Shown: positions 29,590-45,570 of the stretch, piece by piece | Position numbering within the stretch: the first letter of the stretch is position 1 | Layout: each line of letters begins with the position of its first letter | Assembly (NCBI GenBank): GCA_963782055.1 | Contig: CAWAIF010000003.1 | Span: forward strand, 5,056,001 to 5,120,000 | Direction: 5' to 3' | From: an uncultured delta proteobacterium | Lineage (GTDB): Bacteria > Myxococcota_A > Polyangia > Polyangiales > Polyangiaceae | Length of the DNA stretch: 64,000 bases | The notes under the pieces: generated by a model | Database searches by the model: none | What the model saw: the letters and a program-made list of their open reading frames with translations, nothing else | What the model was told of the DNA's origin: nothing | Made by a program: the position numbers and the translations under genes

Positions 29590-30228
29590 TCACCTGGTGG
29601 GCAACCAGGGCACGGGCAACATCCGGTGCAGGATGAGGTTCACCTGCGTCGCCGTCAGGCGCAGCAGCTTGCGCAGGACGCTCATCTTCTCGTCGCCCTC
29701 TCCGAGGTCGACCTCGAAGGCGATGGTCTCGTCGCCTGTCCCCTTCTCCTCGGCGCCGGCCTCGCGCAGCGCCTTGACGACGTGCTCGTTGGCGGCGAGC
29801 ACCTCGCCACGGAAGCGATGGATGCCACGCTCGCGCGCGGCGCGCACGGCGGTGAGAGTGAGCAGGGTGCCGAGGCCCCGGTTCTGCATGTCGTCCACGA
29901 CCGTCACGGCGAGCTCGGCGACCTCGGGGTCGTCCTTGAACCGCACGAAGCGCACCACGCCCACGCCGCGCTCGCTCTTGAGGTCGAGCGACTCCACGAG
30001 CGCGACGAGCGCGAAGTGGTCGAAGCCATCGACGCAGGTGAGGTAATCCACCGTGCGATCGTCGAGGGTCGAGACCGGACCGAAGAAGCGCCGGTAGCGC
30101 GACTCCGGCGAGAGGGCGTCGAAGCCGCGCCGGAGCTCCGCCCCGTCCTCCGGGCGGATGCGCCGGAGCACCACGCGCGTGCCGTCGGGCAGCGTGTGCG
30201 TCTCGCGGAAGCTCGGCCCGAACTCCAC
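29590..30228 (-). CDS. GNAT family N-acetyltransferase
   Basis: LPDGTRVVLRRIRPED, LSPESRYRRFF, QNRGLG, VLAANEHV. Confidence 0.9.
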   Translation of the reverse strand: MEFGPSFRETHTLPDGTRVVLRRIRPEDGAELRRGFDALSPESRYRRFFGPVSTLDDRTVDYLTCVDGFDHFALVALVESLDLKSERGVGVVRFVRFKDDPEVAELAVTVVDDMQNRGLGTLLTLTAVRAARERGIHRFRGEVLAANEHVVKALREAGAEEKGTGDETIAFEVDLGEGDEKMSVLRKLLRLTATQVNLILHRMLPVPWLPTR

Positions 30229-30238
30229 TGCGACTCTC

Positions 30239-31198
<960 letters not shown>

Positions 31199-31271
31199 CT
31201 ACCACGCCCGCGCCCTCCCCTCCAGTCTGGTGCATCTTGACTGCGGGCCGCGGTGCGGCGACCGTTCGGTC

Positions 31272-31601
31272 ATGTCCACCGACCTCAAGATCGACGCCCT
31301 GCGTGAAGGAAATGGCCAGGAGGCCAAGTCCGGCGACAAGGTGACCGTGCACTACGTCGGCACCCTCACCGACGGCAAGAAGTTCGACTCCTCGCGCGAC
31401 CGCGGCAAGGGTTTCAGCTTCACCCTCGGCGCAGGCCAGGTGATCAAGGGCTGGGACCAGGGCGTGGCCGGGATGAAGGTGGGCGAGATGCGCAAGCTCA
31501 CCATCCCGCCGCACCTCGCCTACGGGGAGAAGGGCTTCCCCGGCGCCATCCCCCCCGACGCCACCCTGGTGTTCGAGGTCGAGCTGCTCGGCATCGGCTG
31601 A
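31272..31601 (+). CDS. FKBP-type peptidyl-prolyl isomerase
   Basis: [45 protein letters not shown]. Confidence 0.95.
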   Translation: MSTDLKIDALREGNGQEAKSGDKVTVHYVGTLTDGKKFDSSRDRGKGFSFTLGAGQVIKGWDQGVAGMKVGEMRKLTIPPHLAYGEKGFPGAIPPDATLVFEVELLGIG

Positions 31602-31616
31602 GCGAGCACGCCGCCC

Positions 31617-32762
31617 GTGCGTCCTCTCCGGCGCCTCCTCTTCGCGCTCTCGGCGCTCGTCGCCGGGCTCGCTGCGTGGGCGTCCTGCGCCGTCTACGAC
31701 GCCTCGCTCCTGGTGCCCGCGGAGGCAGGCGCCGAGACCGGGACGCCACCCGACGCCGGCGACGGCGGGACCGGCTGCGACCACGCGAGCTACCCCCCGC
31801 GCCCGGACCATGACGACGACGGCGGCGTGGACGCCGGCGACATCGTCCTCGCCATCGATCACTTCGACTTCAACCTGGACGCGGGGGCGCCGGGCACCCT
31901 GCGCGGCTACGACCTGGACCACACGTGCACGTGCCCCGGGGCCCCCTCGTGCATCCCGCCGGAGGCCGGCACGGTCTGCGACGATCCCAACGGCCGCGAC
32001 GACAGCGCCGGCGTGCTGCTCATCAACTTCACCACCTACGCCGATGTCTTCAAGACCGAGAAGCTGAACCAGAACCTCGCCAACGGGACGTTCAACTTCG
32101 TCATTCGCCTTCGCAACTACAACGGGACCGCCAACGACACGAGCGTGGAGGCCGCCGTCTTCGTGTCCGACGGCACCAACAACGGCGACGGCGGCATCGT
32201 CCCGGCGAGCTTCGACGGCGGCGACTCGTGGGCGATAGACCAGGGGTCGTTGCTGGGGGGCGTCGGCCCGCCGTACATCCCCCTCCCCAACTCGGTCGAC
32301 ACCTCGGCCTACGTCACCGACGGCGTGCTGGTGGCGTCGCTGGCGAGCGCGGAGCTGCAGTTCGCCTCGGGCGCCGGCCTCGGGTCGCTGCACGTCAAGC
32401 TCTCCAGCGCGGTGATCACCGGGAAGATCGTCCCCTCGGGGTCGAGCTACCGCATCGACGAGGGGACCATCGCCGGCCGCTGGCCGTCGCGGGACTTCCT
32501 CACCACGCTGGAGGCCGTGCGCGATCCCATCACGCAGGGCGCGCTCTGCGGCACCAACCCAACCTACCAGGCCATTCGCAAGCTCGTCTGCGACGCGCAG
32601 GACATCACCGCGAGCGTGCAGAACGACAACACCAACGCCCCCTGCGACGCCCTGAGCGTCGCGATAGGTTATGGCGCCGGCCCGGCGAAGTTCGGCGGGG
32701 TACGCGAGGGCGGCGTGCCGGACCACCCGTGCGGCCCCCAGTGGGTCGATCAGTGCCAGTGA
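31617..32762 (+). CDS. Uncharacterised myxobacterial lipoprotein
   Basis: Lipobox WASC, DAG linker, GYDLDHTCTC, CDALSVAIGY. Confidence 0.7.
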   Translation: MRPLRRLLFALSALVAGLAAWASCAVYDASLLVPAEAGAETGTPPDAGDGGTGCDHASYPPRPDHDDDGGVDAGDIVLAIDHFDFNLDAGAPGTLRGYDLDHTCTCPGAPSCIPPEAGTVCDDPNGRDDSAGVLLINFTTYADVFKTEKLNQNLANGTFNFVIRLRNYNGTANDTSVEAAVFVSDGTNNGDGGIVPASFDGGDSWAIDQGSLLGGVGPPYIPLPNSVDTSAYVTDGVLVASLASAELQFASGAGLGSLHVKLSSAVITGKIVPSGSSYRIDEGTIAGRWPSRDFLTTLEAVRDPITQGALCGTNPTYQAIRKLVCDAQDITASVQNDNTNAPCDALSVAIGYGAGPAKFGGVREGGVPDHPCGPQWVDQCQ

Positions 32763-32846
32763 GGGCCCGACCACCCCGCGTGGGATGGGCCCCCGCCCGT
32801 CCCGGCTGTTGACCGCAGCCCCGTCCGTACGCATCTTGGGGGCGTC

Positions 32847-33515
32847 GTGTGCCCCTACTGCCGCAAGAACGCCCCCATCGTTTACCGCGGCGTCGCGGCG
32901 TACTGCACGGCATGCGGAGGTCCGCGCTGGCCGCTGGCCGCCAAGTCCACCAACCTCGCCGGGCAGACCTCCATCGTGGGCGGCACCGTGGCGCGCGTCT
33001 TCGGGTGGATCGTCCTCGGCCTCGGCCTGACGCTCGGGCTGATGCTCATGGGCCTGCTGCAGGCCATCTTCCCTGCGGGGTTCGCCGGGTACGCCGTGGG
33101 CATCCCCATCGCGCTGCTCGGCCTCGGCTTCGGCATCGCGCTGCTCCGGGGTGGCAAGTCCCTCGCCAAGACCGGCATGGACGAGCAGAAGGAGACGCGC
33201 GTGCAGGCCATCTTCTCCCTCTCCGAGCACCGCGGCGGCATCGTGACCGCGCAGGAGGTGGCGAGCGCGGTCGGCATGCCCGTCGCGGAGGCGGACGCCC
33301 TGCTGACCGAGCTGGCGAAGACGCACCCGGATCATGCGGGCGTCGAGATCGACGACCAGGGCGGCGTCTATTACCGCGTGAGCGCGCGCGGCCTGGTGCG
33401 CGTGCAGGCCTTCGACGATCGGGTGCGGGTGTCGAGCACCGCGACCCGCCCGCCGGCGGAGGAGCCGGCGGAGGTGGAGGGCGCGCAGCCGCCTCGCAGG
33501 CGCGCCCAGCGCTGA
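32847..33515 (+). CDS. Membrane protein with N-terminal zinc ribbon and possible winged-helix C-terminus
   Basis: CPYC...CTAC, two TM helices, GIVTAQEVASAVGM..EADALL. Start uncertain. Confidence 0.65.
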   Translation: MCPYCRKNAPIVYRGVAAYCTACGGPRWPLAAKSTNLAGQTSIVGGTVARVFGWIVLGLGLTLGLMLMGLLQAIFPAGFAGYAVGIPIALLGLGFGIALLRGGKSLAKTGMDEQKETRVQAIFSLSEHRGGIVTAQEVASAVGMPVAEADALLTELAKTHPDHAGVEIDDQGGVYYRVSARGLVRVQAFDDRVRVSSTATRPPAEEPAEVEGAQPPRRRAQR

Positions 33516-33521
33516 GCGCGA

Positions 33522-33577
33522 CGCCCCTCCCAGGACACTCACTGAGAGGGATGTGAACGAAGTTCACATCCTCTCAG
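33522..33577. repeat. REP-like palindromic element overlapping the peptidase stop codon
   Basis: CTGAGAGG(G)ATGTGAAC-GAA-GTTCACATCCTCTCAG hairpin (33542-33577), preceded by CGCCCCTCCCAGGACA. Confidence 0.6.
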
Positions 33578-35054
33578 ACGCGCGCTGCGACTCCGGCACG
33601 CGACCGAGATCGCCCTCGGCGTCCGCCAGGCGCAGCGCGACGTAGGCGTACGCCGCCGCCGCCTTCGCCAGCGCGTCGCGGTCGACGGCCTCCATGGTGT
33701 CACCCGCGGTGTGGTGCACGTCGAAGTAGCGCGACGCGTCCTGGCTCACGTCGAGCACAGGCACGCCGAGCGCCCGGAGGCCGTTGACGTCCGCCCCGCC
33801 CCACGCCGGCTTCTTCGGGGCGGCGATGCCGAAGGGCGCCAGCCCGCGCGCGATGGAGTCGAAGAGCGGGGCGCGGTCGGGCGCGCCCACCCAGCGCACG
33901 GCGTAAGGCGCGCCCGCGCCCAGATCGGCCTCCATCGCCGCCACGTGCGGCTCCTCGCCGTGCGCCGCGTCGTAGGCCTTCGCCCCGTTGCCGCTGTTCT
34001 CCTCGGAGGCGAAGAGCACGACGCGCACCGTACGCCTCGGCACGCCGCGCCGCCGGATGAGGCGCGCTGCCTCCAGCACGATGCCCACACCGGCGCCGTC
34101 GTCCACCGCGCCGCGCCCCAGGTCCCACGCGTCCAGGTGCGCGCCGAGCAGCACCAGCTCCTTGGTGCGCCCGGGCACCTCGCCGATGACGTTGGCGCTC
34201 GTGGCGTCGGGGAGCTTCTTCGGCGTCAGCCGCAGCGTGATCTCGGTGGCGGGATCGCGCGCCACCGCGCGGGTGAGCACGTCGGCGTCGGCGATGGAGA
34301 GCGCCGCCGCCGGGATGGCCTTCACCTTGGGATCGTAGCGCAGGAACCCGGTGTGCGGCAGGCGCGAGTGATCGGTGCCGATGGAGCGGATGACGACGGC
34401 GAGCGCGCCGTGCGCGGCGGCGATGCTCGGCCCGGCGACGCGCACGCCGATCCCCTGCCCGTACCCGTGGCCGTCGCGCGCGCGAGGGATGGATACGTCG
34501 AAGAAGAGGATCTTGCCCTTGTAGGCGTCCGCCGCCGCGTGCTTCGCCGCGTCGAGGGAGGTCACGCGGACCACCGGCGCGCGGACGCCCGCGGCGGGCG
34601 TGGCCACGCTCATCCCGATGGCCGTCACGACGAGCGGGCTCGGCGGGTCGACGATGGCGCACGACGCATCCCCGCGCTCCCAGTGCGGCACCTTCACCGG
34701 CTCGGACCGGACGTTCCGCAGACCCAGCCGGCGCATCGCAGCGAGCGCCCACGCCACCGCGCGGGCGTCCCCGGGGCTGCCGGCGAGGCGCGGCCCCACC
34801 TCGTCGGAGAGCGACTCCGCGAGCTTGAATGCGCCGTCGTCCAGGGCCTCCTCGCTGAAGAGGCGACCGGCCTCGGCGGCCTCGTTCGGCGCCGCGGACG
34901 CCGCGGGCGGCGCGCTCGCCGCCGGAGGCACCTCGGCGCGCGTCGGGTCCGCGTGGGCGACGCCCGGCGACGGGACCGCGCGGGGCGGCGGCGGGCTCGC
35001 CGCCGGGGCGCAAGCCGCGACCATCGCCACCGCCACCATCCACCGGGTTCGCAT
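33564..35054 (-). CDS. M28-family metallopeptidase lipoprotein (carboxypeptidase Q-like)
   Basis: Lipobox VAAC; GPRLAGS, PA domain, GAHLDAWD, GAVDDGAG, SEENS, YFDVHHTAGD. Confidence 0.9.
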   Translation of the reverse strand: MRTRWMVAVAMVAACAPAASPPPPRAVPSPGVAHADPTRAEVPPAASAPPAASAAPNEAAEAGRLFSEEALDDGAFKLAESLSDEVGPRLAGSPGDARAVAWALAAMRRLGLRNVRSEPVKVPHWERGDASCAIVDPPSPLVVTAIGMSVATPAAGVRAPVVRVTSLDAAKHAAADAYKGKILFFDVSIPRARDGHGYGQGIGVRVAGPSIAAAHGALAVVIRSIGTDHSRLPHTGFLRYDPKVKAIPAAALSIADADVLTRAVARDPATEITLRLTPKKLPDATSANVIGEVPGRTKELVLLGAHLDAWDLGRGAVDDGAGVGIVLEAARLIRRRGVPRRTVRVVLFASEENSGNGAKAYDAAHGEEPHVAAMEADLGAGAPYAVRWVGAPDRAPLFDSIARGLAPFGIAAPKKPAWGGADVNGLRALGVPVLDVSQDASRYFDVHHTAGDTMEAVDRDALAKAAAAYAYVALRLADAEGDLGRVPESQRASERM

Positions 35055-35129
35055 CGCGCGCGATGCTACGCCGCGAGCCGCCGGCGCGCGCCGTGTTTTT
35101 GGAAACCTGCTGGGCGCGACGTCGGCGCG

Positions 35130-39670
<4,541 letters not shown>

Positions 39671-39674
<4 letters not shown>

Positions 39675-41074
39675 GCGATCCGCGCGGCTTCCTCCGCATC
39701 CGCAAGAAGAAGGAGGGCGAGCGCCCGACCGGCGAGCGCACCCACGACTGGCGGGAGATCGTCGTGCCCGCGCCGCTCTCGCAGGTGCGCGAGCAGGCGA
39801 CGCGCTGCATGGACTGCGGCATCCCCTTCTGCCACCGCGGCTGCCCGCTGGGGAACCTCATCCCCGACTTCAACGAGCTGGTGGCCGACGGCCGCCTGGA
39901 CGACGCGGCGGCGCGCCTGGCCCTCACCAACAACTTCCCGGAGGTGACCGGCCGCGTCTGCCCGGCGCCGTGCGAGGCGTCGTGCGTCCTGGAGCTGGAA
40001 GGGCAGAGCGTCACCATCAAGACGGTGGAGCGGACCATCGCCGATCACGAGCGCGCCGGCGGCCTTCGCCCGGTGATCGCCGCGACGCGGAGCGGGCGGC
40101 GGGTGGCGGTGGTCGGCTCCGGGCCGGCGGGGCTCGCGGCGGCGCAGCAGCTCGCGCGGGCCGGGCACGAGGTCACCGTCCTCGAGCGCGCGGATCGCCT
40201 GGGCGGGCTGCTGCGGTACGGGATCCCCGATTTCAAGATGGAAAAGGGCGTGATCGACGCGCGCCTGGCCCAGATGCAGGCCGAGGGCGTGCGCTTCGTC
40301 ACCGGGACGTCGCCCTCGCCGGCCGAGCTGGCGGCGTACGACGCGACGGTGCTGGCCATCGGCGCCGGGCGCCCGCGTGATCTCGGCGTGCCCGGCCGGG
40401 AGCTCGGCGGCGTGCACTTCGCCATGGAGTTTCTGGAGCAGCAGAACCGCCGCGTCGCGGGCGACGCCGTCCCGGAGGAGAGCGCCATCTCGGCGGCGGG
40501 CAAGCGCGTCGTCGTCATCGGCGGCGGCGACACCGGCTCCGACTGCGTGGGCACGTCGATCCGCCAGGGCGCGGCGAGCGTGCTGCAGCTGGAGATCATG
40601 CCGCGGCCGCCGGAGGCGCGCGCGCCGTCCAACCCGTGGCCGGAGTGGCCGCTGGTGCTGCGCACCTCCTCGTCGCAGGAGGAGGGCGCGGAGCGCGACT
40701 GGGCGGTGATGACGCGCGCGCTGCGCGGCGAGGACGGCGCGGTGCGCGCGCTCGAGGCGGTGCGCGTCGAGCTGCACGAGGGCGCGCTGCGCCCGGTCGC
40801 CGGCGGGGAGCTGGAGATCCCCTGCGAGCTCGTCCTGCTCGCGATGGGCTTCCTCGGCCCGGAGACGGACCTGGTGCGCGCCCTGGGCGCGGAGCTGGAC
40901 GCGCGGGGCAACGTCCGCATCGGGGACGACATGTCCACGAGCGTGCCGGGGGTGTTCGCCGCCGGCGACGCCTCGCGCGGGCAGTCGCTGGTCGTCTGGG
41001 CCATCGCCGATGGCCGCGCGGCGGCGGAGGGCGTGGAGAGGTACCTGCGCGAACGGGCGCGCGTGGTGGCCTGA
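39671..41074 (+). CDS. gltD: Glutamate synthase small subunit
   Basis: GTGA-coupled to gltB; RCMDCGIPFC, GRVCPAPCE, GSGPAG, GGGDTGSDC, GDASRGQSLVVWAI. Confidence 0.97.
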
Positions 41075-41125
41075 GCCCCGCTCACGCGCGTGGTGCGGCG
41101 GCGCGGTCCGCGTTACCTTCGGCGC

Positions 41126-41686
41126 ATGGCGCACAAGATCGAGCCTTCCCCCTCCGGGCGCGCGTCGTGCCGCGCGTGCAAGGAGCGCATCGCCAAGGAC
41201 GTCCTGCGCTTCGGCGAGGAGTTCGCCAACCAGTTCTCCGACGACGGCGGCATGGCGTTCCGCTACTACCACCTCGCGTGCGCGGCGAAGACGCACGCCA
41301 ACGAGCTGAAGGCGGCGCTGGCGGAGTACGACGGCGAGGTCCCCGACCGCGAGGCGCTCGACGCGCTCATCGCGACGCACCTGCGGCCGGACTTCCCCTA
41401 CGCGGAGCGCGCCCCCTCCGGCCGCGCCCGGTGCCGCGGGTGCGAGGTCACCATCAAGAAGGACGAGCTGCGCGTCGCCTTCGAGCGCGTGTTCGACACC
41501 GGCATGGGCACGCAGAAGAGCGCGGCCTACGTCCACCCCGCGTGCCTGAAGACCTACCTGGAGAAGGAGGCCTCCCTCGGGCGGGACGAGGGCGGGGTGG
41601 ACTCGGTGCTGGAGCGCGTCGCCGCCCACAGCACGAAGCTGTCGGCGGAGGACCTGGCGGCGGTGCGCGAAGCCGCAGCGGGGTGA
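41126..41686 (+). CDS. Protein with two PARP-type zinc fingers
   Basis: SGRASCRACKERI...LRFG...YHLAC and SGRARCRGCEVTI...LRV...VHPAC (two Cx2C...Hx2C units). Confidence 0.8.
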   Translation: MAHKIEPSPSGRASCRACKERIAKDVLRFGEEFANQFSDDGGMAFRYYHLACAAKTHANELKAALAEYDGEVPDREALDALIATHLRPDFPYAERAPSGRARCRGCEVTIKKDELRVAFERVFDTGMGTQKSAAYVHPACLKTYLEKEASLGRDEGGVDSVLERVAAHSTKLSAEDLAAVREAAAG

Positions 41687-41886
41687 CGACGCGTCGCGCG
41701 CGGATCGGCGACGGCGTCCGGTGTCTTGCGCCGTGCGCCTCGAGCCGGAGACGCTGAAGCACGATGCTCATCGGGACGGAACAACGCGCAGGAGCGGGGT
41801 CGGCCCTTTCAGTCAGTTCTCGAAGGGTCGCGTGAGGATGGCTGACGCGTCCGCCCTTCAAGTGGACACGGGCTCGTCCTCGCGCG

Positions 41887-42369
41887 TCACCCCTTGTACG
41901 CGCGCGGCCCGAGCACGGGGCCGAGCCGCATCGCGCCAGCGGGAACGCCCATGCCGCTCGGCGGCATCCCCTGCAGGGCGGCGGGAGGCACGTCGTCCTT
42001 GAAGTGCAGCTCGATCGTGCCGCTGCCCTTGGGAATCGCGGCGGCGACCTGGATGGTCACGTGCAGGCCGTCGGGCGCGAGGCGCACGGTGCCGGCAGGC
42101 TCGCCCGCGGCATCGGCCAGGCGCGCCTCGAGGACGCACTCCTTGTGCACGGCTGCGACGACCCGTGTCGCCGTGATGGCGAAGGCGCCGTCGACCGTCT
42201 GATGCTCGGCGGCGGCGGAGCGGCCCGGCGACTGCCAGGTACCGGCGAGCCGGACGAAGATGCCGGGCGACTGGTGGACGATGGGCTCCCCACCGAGGAT
42301 GGAGGTCAACGCCTCCGGGAGCTTCGGAACCCCGAAGAGCGCGTCGCGAACCTTCTTGCCGAGGCTCAT
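41887..42369 (-). CDS. Hypothetical protein
   Basis: ATG 42369 (MSLGKKVRDALFG...); natural-looking composition; promoter-like motif upstream. Confidence 0.6.
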   Translation of the reverse strand: MSLGKKVRDALFGVPKLPEALTSILGGEPIVHQSPGIFVRLAGTWQSPGRSAAAEHQTVDGAFAITATRVVAAVHKECVLEARLADAAGEPAGTVRLAPDGLHVTIQVAAAIPKGSGTIELHFKDDVPPAALQGMPPSGMGVPAGAMRLGPVLGPRAYKG

Positions 42370-42395
42370 GCCGCCAAGGTTCGCCGTGGCGCAGA

Positions 42396-42411
42396 TGCAA
42401 GTCAACGGCCA
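42396..42411 (-). promoter_or_regulatory. Sigma54 -24/-12 promoter candidate
   Basis: Minus strand TGGCCGTTGACTTGCA (GG-N10-GC). Confidence 0.5.
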
Positions 42412-42436
42412 TGGCGCGGCGAGGGCGCGCGCCGAC

Positions 42437-43951
42437 TCACTCGCATTGGTCCAGTCCACGCATCGAGCGCCACCCGCGCCCCGACGACTCCGTCGCGCGC
42501 CACGCGTCGCGCGCGGCGGCGCGGTCCGCCGGGTGCGCGCGCAGGTACGGGTGGTCGAGCGCCGTGCACGCGCCGCTGCCGAGCGACTCGAGATAAGGCA
42601 GGTCCAGCACCGCGCCCCGCTGCGCGCGATCCAGGTTGCGCCGTGCGACGTAGCCGTCGGCGTCGAAGGAGGCTGCCGCCACACCCACCGCCGCCACGCC
42701 CACGAGCAGCGCGCTCGCGTAGCCCGTCCACCCGCGCCGCAACGACTTCACCACCGTCAGCACCAGCACGACGCCCACCGCGAGATCGACGAAGGCGACG
42801 CCCAGCCGCAGGTAGGTCGCGCCGTAGGCCTGCTCGTAGAGGGCGAGGCGCTCCACGCACGACGCGAGCGTCACGCCGGTCAGACCGAGCAGGGTGCACT
42901 CCACCGCCTTCAGCTTCGCGCCGCCGGGGACCGGCCCCGTCCGCTCGCCAGTGGAGGGCCTCACCAGGAAGTGCCCGGCGAGCACCAGGCAGACGCTCAG
43001 CGTCGCGGCGCAGAGGAGCTGGAAGAAGCCCGCGTGCAGGTAGCCGGAGTAGGTCTCACCCGCGGCGCGCAGCAGCTCGTGCGTGCGGAAGAAGCGCGGC
43101 ACGCTCACCCCGACGTAGACGGCGAAGACCGCCGCCACCTGCGCGAGCACCATCGCCCAGGTGACCTGCGAGACCCAGGGCGCGGGGGCGGCAGGCGCCT
43201 CCGGCGTCGCACGCGCGTGGCGGTACGGCCCCACGGACGGCTGCTCGGCCGCGGCCCGCGTACGCGCCACCACGAGCTGGGCGCGGGCGAAGGCGAGCGC
43301 GATCCCGGCACCGAGCAGCACGTAGGCACCGACCAGTGCGGCGGTCCCGAAGCGGTCGTAGGCCGCGTCGAGCGCCGCGACGAAGGCGGGGTCGAAGGAG
43401 AGGAGCATCACGAAGACGATCGCGACGGGCACGCCGAGCAGCAGGCCCAGCCCGACGGGCCCGGCCAGCCGCCTCGTCGTCCCGCCGAGCGCGGCGCCGG
43501 TCACCTTCCCCGCGTCGACGGCGCCGAGCGGGAGGCGGAGCACCGCGCGCAGGGCCCGGGAGGCCGCGCCGCTCACGTCCGGCGCCTCGCCGCGCGCCAG
43601 CGCGGGCATCAGGAGCAGGAGGGTCAGCCCCTCCGGAACGGCCAGCGCGCCGGTCCACTCGCTGGCGTGCGCGAGGTACGCGAAGCCGAGCCCCACGCAC
43701 GCCGCGAGGGCCGTCCAGGCGGCGACCGGCACGCGACCGCGGCGGAACACGGCGAGGAGGGCGGCGGCGGCGGCGCTCTCCCACAGCCACGCGTTGAGGC
43801 CCCAGCGGGCGTCGTAGAAGAGCGCCTGGGTGACGGCGCCGGCGACCAGGGCGCCGGCGAGCCAGAGGCGCGCGTCCTGGCGCGCGGCGGAAGGAGCGTG
43901 TGGGGCGAGAGGGCGGTCGAGGGTGCTGGAGCTCGTGGTGGTGGCTGTCAT
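42437..43951 (-). CDS. DUF4173/DUF4153-family integral membrane protein
   Basis: Multi-TM; TYSGYLHAGFFQLL, RLALYEQAYGATYLRL, DGYVARRN, LDLPYLESLG. Confidence 0.8.
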   Translation of the reverse strand: MTATTTSSSTLDRPLAPHAPSAARQDARLWLAGALVAGAVTQALFYDARWGLNAWLWESAAAAALLAVFRRGRVPVAAWTALAACVGLGFAYLAHASEWTGALAVPEGLTLLLLMPALARGEAPDVSGAASRALRAVLRLPLGAVDAGKVTGAALGGTTRRLAGPVGLGLLLGVPVAIVFVMLLSFDPAFVAALDAAYDRFGTAALVGAYVLLGAGIALAFARAQLVVARTRAAAEQPSVGPYRHARATPEAPAAPAPWVSQVTWAMVLAQVAAVFAVYVGVSVPRFFRTHELLRAAGETYSGYLHAGFFQLLCAATLSVCLVLAGHFLVRPSTGERTGPVPGGAKLKAVECTLLGLTGVTLASCVERLALYEQAYGATYLRLGVAFVDLAVGVVLVLTVVKSLRRGWTGYASALLVGVAAVGVAAASFDADGYVARRNLDRAQRGAVLDLPYLESLGSGACTALDHPYLRAHPADRAAARDAWRATESSGRGWRSMRGLDQCE

Positions 43952-44056
43952 GGTCCTGTCCTCCTCCTACGCCGCGCACCACACGCTCACCCGCGCCACC
44001 GCGGCGAGCGGCTCCAAGTCGGCCGCGAACGGTCGCGCCGCGGGGCTGGCCGGACC

Positions 44057-44079
44057 GGGACGTGTCCCGGGACGGTCCC
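44057..44079. promoter_or_regulatory. Tandem GGGAC/GTCCC dyads, candidate enhancer (UAS)
   Basis: GGGAC-GT-GTCCC then GGGAC-G-GTCCC, about 100 bp upstream of the predicted sigma54 start. Confidence 0.4.
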
Positions 44080-44145
44080 AGGGCGATCGGCGCTCGTCCC
44101 ACGCACGCCCCCGCAAGAAGCCGCCACTTCGGCGCGCTCGGGCGC

Positions 44146-44161
44146 CGGCATCGTCGTTGCT
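44146..44161 (+). promoter_or_regulatory. Sigma54 -24/-12 promoter upstream of the 44200 lipoprotein
   Basis: CGGCATCGTCGTTGCT (GG-N10-GC); SD GAAGGAGG downstream. Confidence 0.6.
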
Positions 44162-44199
44162 CTAGCTCCGGGGACCACCCCCCCTGAAGGAGGCTTCCC

Positions 44200-45561
44200 A
44201 TGATTCGCCCGTCGCTTTCGCATCCACTCCGCGCCGCCCACTCCGTCATCTTCGCCCTGCTCGCCCTCGCCGCCGGCGCCGGCTGCGGTCCGGCCGATGG
44301 AGGCGTCGCAGGAGGAGGCGACTGCGGCTCATGCCCGGTCGGGCAACAGTGCGTGGCGGGTCAGTGCCAGGCGCCGAAGCCCCCGCCGCCGACGAGCTGC
44401 GACGCCTGCGGTCTCGGACAGGTGTGCAGCGACCAGGTCTGCGTGGCGTGCACGCCGGACACCGCCACGCCGCTCGACGACATCAACTACGACAAGGACG
44501 TGGAGCTGCCCGCCGGCTGCTACGTCGCCCACAACCTGGTGCGCATCGAGAACGGCGCCACCATGACGATGGATCCCGGCGTCACCGTCTTCTTCGCCAC
44601 CGGCACCCGGCTGGAGGTCGACGCCGAGAGCGGGCTCCACGCCGCCGGCACCGATGCGAACCCCATCCTGCTCACCGGCACCCAGCAGGTGCGCGGCCAC
44701 TGGGACGGCGTGCAGTTCCAGTCGGACCTGCCCGCCAACCTGCTCGACCACGTGGTGGTGGAGTACGCCGGGAGCGACGATCGCGCCACCGGGGAGGGCA
44801 GCGCGACCGTGATGCTCGCGGACTCCGCCGCGGCGTCCATCACGCACTCGACGCTCCGGGAGAGCAACGGCTACGGCCTCTTCCTGTTCAAGGACGCCGA
44901 GCTGCCCGCCTTCGACGGCAACACCCTCACCAGGAACGCGCTGGGGCCCGCGTCGGCGGGCGCCGACGGCGTCGACCAGCTCACCCCCGGCTCCAGCTAC
45001 ACAGGCAACGACGACGACGAGGTGACCATCACCTCGGTCTCCTACCAGGGCAACACCGTCTCGCACGACGAGACGTGGCCCAGCCTCGGCGTGCCCTACC
45101 TGCTCGCCTTCTCGCGCACCTTCGTGGACAGCCGCCTGACGCTCGCGGCGGGCGTGACCGCGCGCTTCCAGCAGAACGGATCGCTGGAGATCAGCAGCTC
45201 CGGCGCCCTCACCGCCATCGGGACCTCGGCCGCCCCCATCCAGCTCCTCGGCACCCAGGACGTCCCCGGCTGGTGGGCGGGCGTGACCGTCAACAGCTCG
45301 AGCAGCCCGGACAACCAGTTCGACTACGTCACCATCGCCGACGCCGGCAACGGCTCGTACAACTCGTACGACTACCAGGCAGATCTGGCGCTCGGGTACA
45401 CCGGCGGCGCGCCGGTGCGCTTCTCGGCGAAGCACAGCACCTTCCGCACGAGCGCCGGCTGGGGCATCGCCGTCGGGTCGAGCCACGCCCTGAACGCCGA
45501 CATCGACACCTCCAACCAGTTCACCGACGACGCGCTCGGCAGCATCGAGTACGCCAACTGA
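44200..45561 (+). CDS. Lipoprotein with Cys-rich N-region and right-handed beta-helix-like repeats
   Basis: Lipobox GAGC; duplicated AxGT..PI.L.GTQ..GxWxGV...DxV.(V/I)..AG units. Confidence 0.8.
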   Translation: MIRPSLSHPLRAAHSVIFALLALAAGAGCGPADGGVAGGGDCGSCPVGQQCVAGQCQAPKPPPPTSCDACGLGQVCSDQVCVACTPDTATPLDDINYDKDVELPAGCYVAHNLVRIENGATMTMDPGVTVFFATGTRLEVDAESGLHAAGTDANPILLTGTQQVRGHWDGVQFQSDLPANLLDHVVVEYAGSDDRATGEGSATVMLADSAAASITHSTLRESNGYGLFLFKDAELPAFDGNTLTRNALGPASAGADGVDQLTPGSSYTGNDDDEVTITSVSYQGNTVSHDETWPSLGVPYLLAFSRTFVDSRLTLAAGVTARFQQNGSLEISSSGALTAIGTSAAPIQLLGTQDVPGWWAGVTVNSSSSPDNQFDYVTIADAGNGSYNSYDYQADLALGYTGGAPVRFSAKHSTFRTSAGWGIAVGSSHALNADIDTSNQFTDDALGSIEYAN

Positions 45562-45570
45562 CGCGGCGGC

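Noticed and set aside
25526..30046. 1506-aa plus-strand ORF and similar long Arg/Gly/Ala-rich ORFs (706-3414, 6881-10132, 11727-14873, 29904-33542, 5' part of 35924-41074)
   Set aside because: No motifs, biased composition, and they overlap well-supported genes in other frames.
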